NCBI RefSeq assembly: GCF_006345805.1
Contig: NW_021834830.1
Location: 1-45,081, forward strand
Length of the DNA: 45,081 nucleotides
DNA from: Octopus sinensis
Lineage: Eukaryota
Reading direction: 5' to 3'
Translations under genes and position numbers: made by a program
The notes under the pieces: generated by a model
Told to the model about the DNA's origin: nothing
What the model saw: only the letters and a program-made list of their open reading frames with translations
Databases searched by the model: none
In this document: in pieces, positions 38,443 to 45,081 of the stretch
Layout of the letters: each line of letters begins with the position of its first letter
Numbering within the stretch: the first letter of the stretch is position 1

Positions 38443-39167
38443 CTTTCCGGGTTCAGTCACACAGCCTGGAACCTTCGGTTTGTGTCCTCTGCAATAGCTC
38501 TGAGCCGACCAAATCCGTGTGAGTGGATTTTGTAGACGGAAATTGAAAGAAATCCGTCGTATAAACCGTCGTATAAATAAATAAATAAATAAATATATAT
38601 ATATATAGTCGAAACTATGCATAGTCCAAAGATGATTAGGGTAAATGTTTTTAATTTTCCTTTGATTTCTGAATTACTACTATTTAGCGGTTTGAGTTTA
38701 GCTGCTCGTTTTAGTGAGTTGAATGGCCTATTAAGGCCATTCCTTAATATTGTTGTTGAATGTATATTATATGGTCTTTTGACTATTTTTTCTTTCTCAC
38801 TAGACCGCTAGTGGCGAAAAAATTTCTATTGAATTTTTTGCTACCCTTATATTGATATATATATATGCATGTATTTATGTATGTATGTGTGTATGTATGT
38901 ATAGTTATGTGTGTATGTCTTTGGGTCTATAGATGTATGTATAGCTATATGAGTATGTCTCTGTTTGCCTCCCTAAGCCCGATTGACAATTGGTATTCGT
39001 CTGTTTCCGTGCCCCGTAATATAGGGGTTCAGCAACAAAGACTGATAGAATAAGTACTACACTTAAAGAAAGATAGGTCCTGGGGTCTATTTCATTGACT
39101 AAAACCCTTGAAGACAGTGCCCCAGCATGGTCGCAGTCAAATGAGTAATACAAGTAAAAGATAAAAT
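38443..39167 (+). mobile_element. Older SINE family A copy split by an insertion in its microsatellite linker
   Basis: 5' part 38443-38575, 3' part ~38950-39167, foreign sequence 38608-38855 between (TA)n. Confidence 0.8.
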
Positions 39168-39215
39168 ATACATGTATATACATGTATGTATGTGCATATA
39201 TATTTATATATGCAC

Positions 39216-39262
<47 letters not shown>

Positions 39263-39446
39263 TACATACATGCAGTATGTATATGTTTATGTATGTATAG
39301 TCTCACGCACTTTCTTCAAGCTACATTCAATAAACTACATTTACCAGATGTAATTTAAATCTAGCGAGTTGTAACAGCAATATTATAAATATGATCATAC
39401 CACTTGTATAATAAATATTTGAGATTTTCTTCTCTCTCTCCTGCTC

Positions 39447-39489
<43 letters not shown>

Positions 39490-39645
39490 ATCACTTTCTC
39501 GGTCTTTCTCTTCCTTTCCCTCTCTCTCTCTCTTTCTGAAAAGCTAATACTGGTCATTGTACATTGGCACTTTTCATACGGTGAATGAGCATAGCATCAG
39601 AACTCATTAAGATGTAACTTTTCCATCGTAATAAATTGTATGCTA

Positions 39646-40228
39646 AAGGCGGCGAGCTGGCAGAAACGTTAGCACGCCGGGTGAAATGCTTAGCGATTTT
39701 TCGTCTGCCGCTACGTTCTGAGTTCAAATTCCGCCGAGATCGACTTTGCCTTTCATCATTTCGGGGACGATAAATTAAGTACCAGTTACGCACTGGGGTC
39801 GATATAATCGACTTAATCCGTTTGTCTGTCCTTGTTTGTTATCTCTATGTTTAGCCCCTTGTGGGTAGTAAAGAAATAGGTATTTCGTCTGCCGCTGTGT
39901 TCTGAGTTCAAATTCCGCTGAGGTCGACTTTGCCTTTCACCCTTTCGGGGTCGATAAATTAAGTTACGCACTGGGGTCGATGTAATTAACTTAATCCCTT
40001 TGCCTGTCTTTGTTTGTCCCATATATTTTTATCCCCTTCTGGGCAATAAAGAAATAAGAAAAGTTTGCATGCCGTGCTAAAAGCTTAGCAGTATTTCGTC
40101 TGTCTTTACGCTCTGGGTTCAAATTCCGCCGAGGTCGACTTTGCCTTCAGTTGTGTATTGGGATCGATCTAATCGACTGCCCCCTCCCCCAAAATTTCGA
40201 GCCTTGTACTATGAGTAGAACAGAATAA
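39646..40228 (+). mobile_element. SINE family C triple cluster (long-tail, headless long-tail, headless short-tail)
   Basis: Units at 39646-39878, 39879-40058 and ~40068-40228. Confidence 0.9.
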
Positions 40229-40733
40229 AGAATACGTTGTGTGTGATGTATGCAGCTGATGTTTCTGATCCACCTTAGGTCTATCTATTCAATAAACATG
40301 GAAAACTTTCTTTTTTATTTCTTTTGCATTACAATTTCGGATGAATTAGTTGTATATGCTTTGTAAAGTATTGATCCAAGTTAAAAAGTGCATTACGTAA
40401 TATGATGAAATCGTGACTAGTAGATCGCGATTAGTTTTCAAAATTCAACAAGCTTTCGAGTGCTTATAATCCCTCAGATTTCCTCCTATATGAAGAGCAG
40501 ATTCTTTTACTCTTTTATTCTTTTACTTGTTTCAGTCATTTGACTTCAGCCATGCTGAAGCACTGCCTTAAAGGGTTTATTTCGAAGAAATAAGCCCCCG
40601 ACTAATTCTATGTAAGTCTATTACTTATCTATCTCTCTCTCTCTCTTTGCCGAGGCGTTAATTTACGGGGATAGGTGAACCACGGTGTGACGAGGGATTG
40701 TGTATGTCTATATATATATATATATTATAATAT

Positions 40734-40773
<40 letters not shown>

Positions 40774-40930
40774 TATGTGACAATTCGGTAGCCAATATTT
40801 ATATAATATTGAGGTCTCTTTCTTTCTTTGTTTCTTACCGTTTTTGCCATCATATAATATATTATATATATCTATATATATATATATTATATATAGTATA
40901 TATATATATAGATATATATACTATATATAT

Positions 40931-41135
40931 TCAAAATGACCGCCTGTGTACGGTTGGCGATTTTTTTCTCTGTCTTCCCCTTTGATCTTTCCTTCTCTAT
41001 GTTTCCGACGCAAGAGCTCCGCTTGAAACGCTAAACCCTCCTTCTTTCCTTCTTTCCTGAGCGTCCAATAATACTATATTTGTTCCACGTCCTGGCATTG
41101 TTGTGTTTTTTTGTACTTTCTTGTTTGGATTAACG
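40931..41135 (+). mobile_element. Second copy of the ~210 bp hammerhead-bearing pLTR-like element
   Basis: Homologous to 15095-15305; (TA)-rich sequence on both sides. Confidence 0.85.
41001..41036 (+). ncRNA. Degenerate hammerhead motif (probably inactive)
   Basis: GUUU-CCGACG(C)A-A-GAGC(UCC)GCUU-GAA-ACGC-U-AAAC: one inserted base and a U16.1C change relative to the 15173 copy. Confidence 0.5.
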
Positions 41136-42303
41136 AATATATATTATATATAATATATATATTATATTATATATATATATATATGTGTGTATGTGTGCGT
41201 GTGTGTGTGTGTGTGATGTGTGTGTGTGTGTGTGTATTTGCACACATATATTCGCTGGGCTTCTTTCGGTTTCCGTTTACCAAGTTCATTCACAAGTCTT
41301 TGATGGTCCCGAAGCTATAATAGTGGGACTGAACCTCGAACCATGTGGTTTGGGAAGCAGGCTTCTTACCACACAACATCGTCTGCGCCTGTAACTTTTA
41401 AAATTCTTTATTCAGATCTTGTCTTATTAACAACGGGCAGTGAACAGCGCAACATCGTCCAATTTCTCTTTTTTTTTAAAAAAAAAAATATCAAATAGAC
41501 CCAAGAAAAACAACGGAAATTATTTAATGCTTTGCTTGTTATACTTATTTATGTATTTATTTTAATTCTAAGCTGAGAGACACAGTGTGTGGTTTGTGAC
41601 GGAAGTTCTCACTAGTAGCTATTAGGTGCTGATAAAGTCAATTGATTTATCGGTTTCCTCTCGACATAGATATCTATTGCAATTCAACAATATTCTGACC
41701 TTGTTTGGTGCCAAATTTCTATGAAAGGTCACTAACAGCTTGTTTTTACTTTACATTCCTTTATGTATGAGTATGTGCGTGTGTGTGTGTTGTTTGTTCA
41801 TGTGAGTGCATTTGTATTCAAGTATGTATGCATTGTGTATTATTATATGTATGGATGATGTGTCTATTATTATATATATATAATATATATTATATATAAT
41901 ATATATAATATATGTATGTATGTACGTAGAACGTATGTATGTATGTATGTATGTATGTATGCATGTATGTATGTATGTAGGAAAGCAATTGATTTCTTTT
42001 ACTTTTTTCGGTATTACACTTACAGAAGTATGTCAACAGACGTGTGTATGAGAGAAAGAGAGAGAAAGCAGGAGAGAGAGAGAGAGAGAGAGAGAATGAA
42101 GGAGAGAGAGCGTGTGTGTGTGTGTGATTATGTGGGTGTATGTATGTGTGTGTTTATGAAAATACTCATCTGTCTAATGTATATATATATGTATACTGCA
42201 TATATTTCTACATATATACGTGTGTTTAATATATATATATATATATATACATACGCATGCAGACATACAAACACTCACACACAGACACACACTCACATGC
42301 AGA

Positions 42304-42356
42304 CATACATACATACATACATACATACATACATACATACATACATACATACATAC

Positions 42357-42430
<74 letters not shown>
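42304..42430. repeat. (CATA)n followed by (GATA)n microsatellite
   Basis: Direct inspection. Confidence 0.95.
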
Positions 42431-42431
<1 letters not shown>

Positions 42432-42599
42432 CGATAGCTAGAGGGAGATAGAGACTGAAACAAGGCCATATAGAGACAAATATCTCCTACGGAAGCTAAA
42501 TGATGTGATTCAAATGTATGTATTTAGACAAGTGAGTAATGTAAAAAATAAATACAGTATGGGCAGAAAATCTTATTCAAATAATATTTACCGTAAGTC

Positions 42600-42790
42600 T
42601 GGCGGCGAGCTGACACAATTGTCCGCACGCCGTACAAAAGGGTAAGTGACATTTAATCTTTCTGTGTTTGAATTTACATCATACCAAAGGCCAATTTTGC
42701 CTTTTAACCGTCGAGGTCGATAAAGTAAATACCAGCTAATATAATAGATTATCCCTTCAACTTAAAACTGTTGACATGGCGCCAAAGTTT
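42600..42790 (+). mobile_element. Degenerate SINE family C copy
   Basis: ggcggcgagctgac...gcacgccg...ttttgcctttt...ggtcgataaagtaaataccag. Confidence 0.65.
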
Positions 42791-43078
42791 TTCAAACTTT
42801 GGGGCAATGCCAACGATTATAAGGTTTAAGAAGAACAAAATGAAGCATAGTGGCGATGGGTAACGAACTCTCAAGAACAAGAGAAATAATTTCGAATATA
42901 TCAGAATTCATTTCGTAGAAAATTAATTTTCATGGATATGTATGACACCTGTTTATGCTTGTAGGAAGGTTGGCAGTTACATAACGGTTTACACCTTAGA
43001 AAACCTCATCAGCAAAGCATAATTTTCAGAAGGATTTAATATGCAGACAAATTTATTATTATACACGTACGCATATGA

Positions 43079-43172
<94 letters not shown>

Positions 43173-43229
43173 CATTCATACATAAACACGCACACTCAAA
43201 CATACGCCCACATACACACATATGCATAT

Positions 43230-43613
43230 TGTGTGGTAAGTAGCTTGCTTACAAACCACATGGTTCTGGGTTCAGTCCTACTGCGTGGCACCTTGGGCAA
43301 GTGTCTTCTACTATAGCCTAGGGCCGACCAAAGCCTTGTGAGTGGATTTGGTAGACAGAAACTGAAAGAAGCCCGTCATAAATATGTATATATATATATG
43401 TATGTGTGTGTCTATGTCTGCCCCCTTCCCAACATCACTTGACAACCGATGCTGGTGTGTTTAAGTCCACGTAACTTAGCGGTTCGACAAAAGAGAACGA
43501 TAGAATAAGTACTATGCTTACAAAGAATAAATCATGGGTCGATTTGCAAGATTAAAGGCAATGCTCCAGCATGACCACAGTCAAATGACTGAAACAAGTA
43601 AAAGAGTAAAAAG
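43230..43613 (+). mobile_element. SINE family A, nearly full-length
   Basis: tgtggtaagtagcttgcttac...gcgtggcaccttgggcaagtgtc...gactgaaacaagtaaaagagtaaaa. Confidence 0.93.
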
Positions 43614-43726
43614 TATATATATGTATTTATATATATGCGTTCATACATATATATATGTACATATATTTATAGAAATATAAGAGTAAAAATACATATGCTT
43701 ATGGGTGTATACCTAACATATATGTG

Positions 43727-43782
<56 letters not shown>

Positions 43783-43978
43783 AGTATATATATATATATA
43801 CGTTTATGTAGAATATATGTAGTTTTTCACACATGCATATATGTATATTAGTATTGAAATTGCATATAAAGTATATATTACACAGACCCATGTATATTAA
43901 GTATTACAGGACAAAATATACAAACATTTTTTACGTAGAATTGAAAATTTAATAAGCAATTGAATAACAGATAGAAAT

Positions 43979-44100
<122 letters not shown>

Positions 44101-45081
44101 CACACAATAATTGCGTAGTAGGAGATTTAGTGAAATGGGAAGTAACGTTGGACCCAGTTGGTTGGTGTGTTTTTTATTGCATTTGAGTTCTATTTTTTAC
44201 TACATATATATATATATATACACATATCTATATACGTATGTATGTATTCTGTCAGAGTAATCTATGATGCAATTGAAAAGCAATCGTAGCCAACTTCGGT
44301 TATATCCCGCTGGATGTAGACTATATCTGGTTAAAGTAGTTTATTCAGCATTTTAGCTTAAGAAATTGTGTAAACGTTAGTGTATAGTGTGTATGTGAAT
44401 GTGTGTGTTGTGTGGGTGTGTGTGTTTGTATGTGTACGAACTAGCTCGATATGTACCTCATATGGCAACAACATTATGTAAACGAAAACAGCAAGAAGTA
44501 GCTATTACATGACCATAGGCATAAAAAAAAAAAGGAAACTTATAATGGCTGAAAAAATAAAGTTGCATAGGAGTGTTGTGTTTTTATAGTTATGTATGTG
44601 TGCACGAATTTGTCTATCTATCCGTCTATCTATATACACATACGTGGACACACACGCATACCAATATACATATATAGATGCATACATATATAAATCACAC
44701 ATACAATATTATATAGATATATATACATGTGTTTATTTATATATATATTATATATATAATATATACCCACACATATATGTATCTATAATACATATATCAT
44801 AACATGTGTAAATAATTATGTATGCTTTAGCAATACATATAAAGTTTTATTGTCCCATAAATAAACACATATATTTGTAAATAGGTATTTGTATGATATT
44901 ATATAATACGTATAAAATCCATGGAAACCACAACCACAGACTCACAAATACATGTATGTCTGGCTATCGGTTTATCTATCACAATCTATTTATCACCTAT
45001 CTAGATATCTATCTATTTTGCTAGCTATATAGATATATTCTAATATATATATATTAGTATATCTGTTTCAAATATACATAC

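Larger units (their letters stand above)
40502..41390 (-). mobile_element. SINE family A split by insertions in its (TA)n linker
   Basis: Tail 40502-40700 and head 41254-41390 ending tgcgcct; the linker holds inserts at 40773-40850 and 40931-41135. Confidence 0.82.

Noticed and set aside
22830-40228. Repeated family C units as a CRISPR-like array
   Set aside because: Units are 150-230 bp eukaryotic SINEs with TSDs; there is no repeat-spacer periodicity and no cas genes.

Overview
AT-rich, microsatellite-saturated eukaryotic non-coding DNA. The SINE families and repeat landscape look like coleoid cephalopod (Octopus) genomic sequence; this is inferred from recognition, not a search. There is no intact protein-coding gene, and nearly all ORFs in the track are translations of microsatellites. 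The window is a layered transposon graveyard: three recurring tRNA-type SINE families (labelled A, B, C here), a 5'-truncated Penelope-like element (RT plus GIY-YIG), decayed RLE-type (R4/Dong-like) LINEs, a CR1/L2-like LINE 3' end, a decayed near-full-length mariner and two non-autonomous Helitrons. The most interesting signal is a set of minimal type I hammerhead ribozyme motifs in Penelope-type terminal repeats and short derivatives. They have palindromic stem III and three different compensatory 3:8 core pairs (C:G, U:A, A:U), and most carriers abut (TA)n tracts. Two local fold-back duplications sit at 13.5-14.2 kb. A few unique islands with minus-strand splice signals may be 5' exons of a host gene (low confidence). 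Element boundaries were read by eye and are approximate unless a TSD or terminus is quoted.
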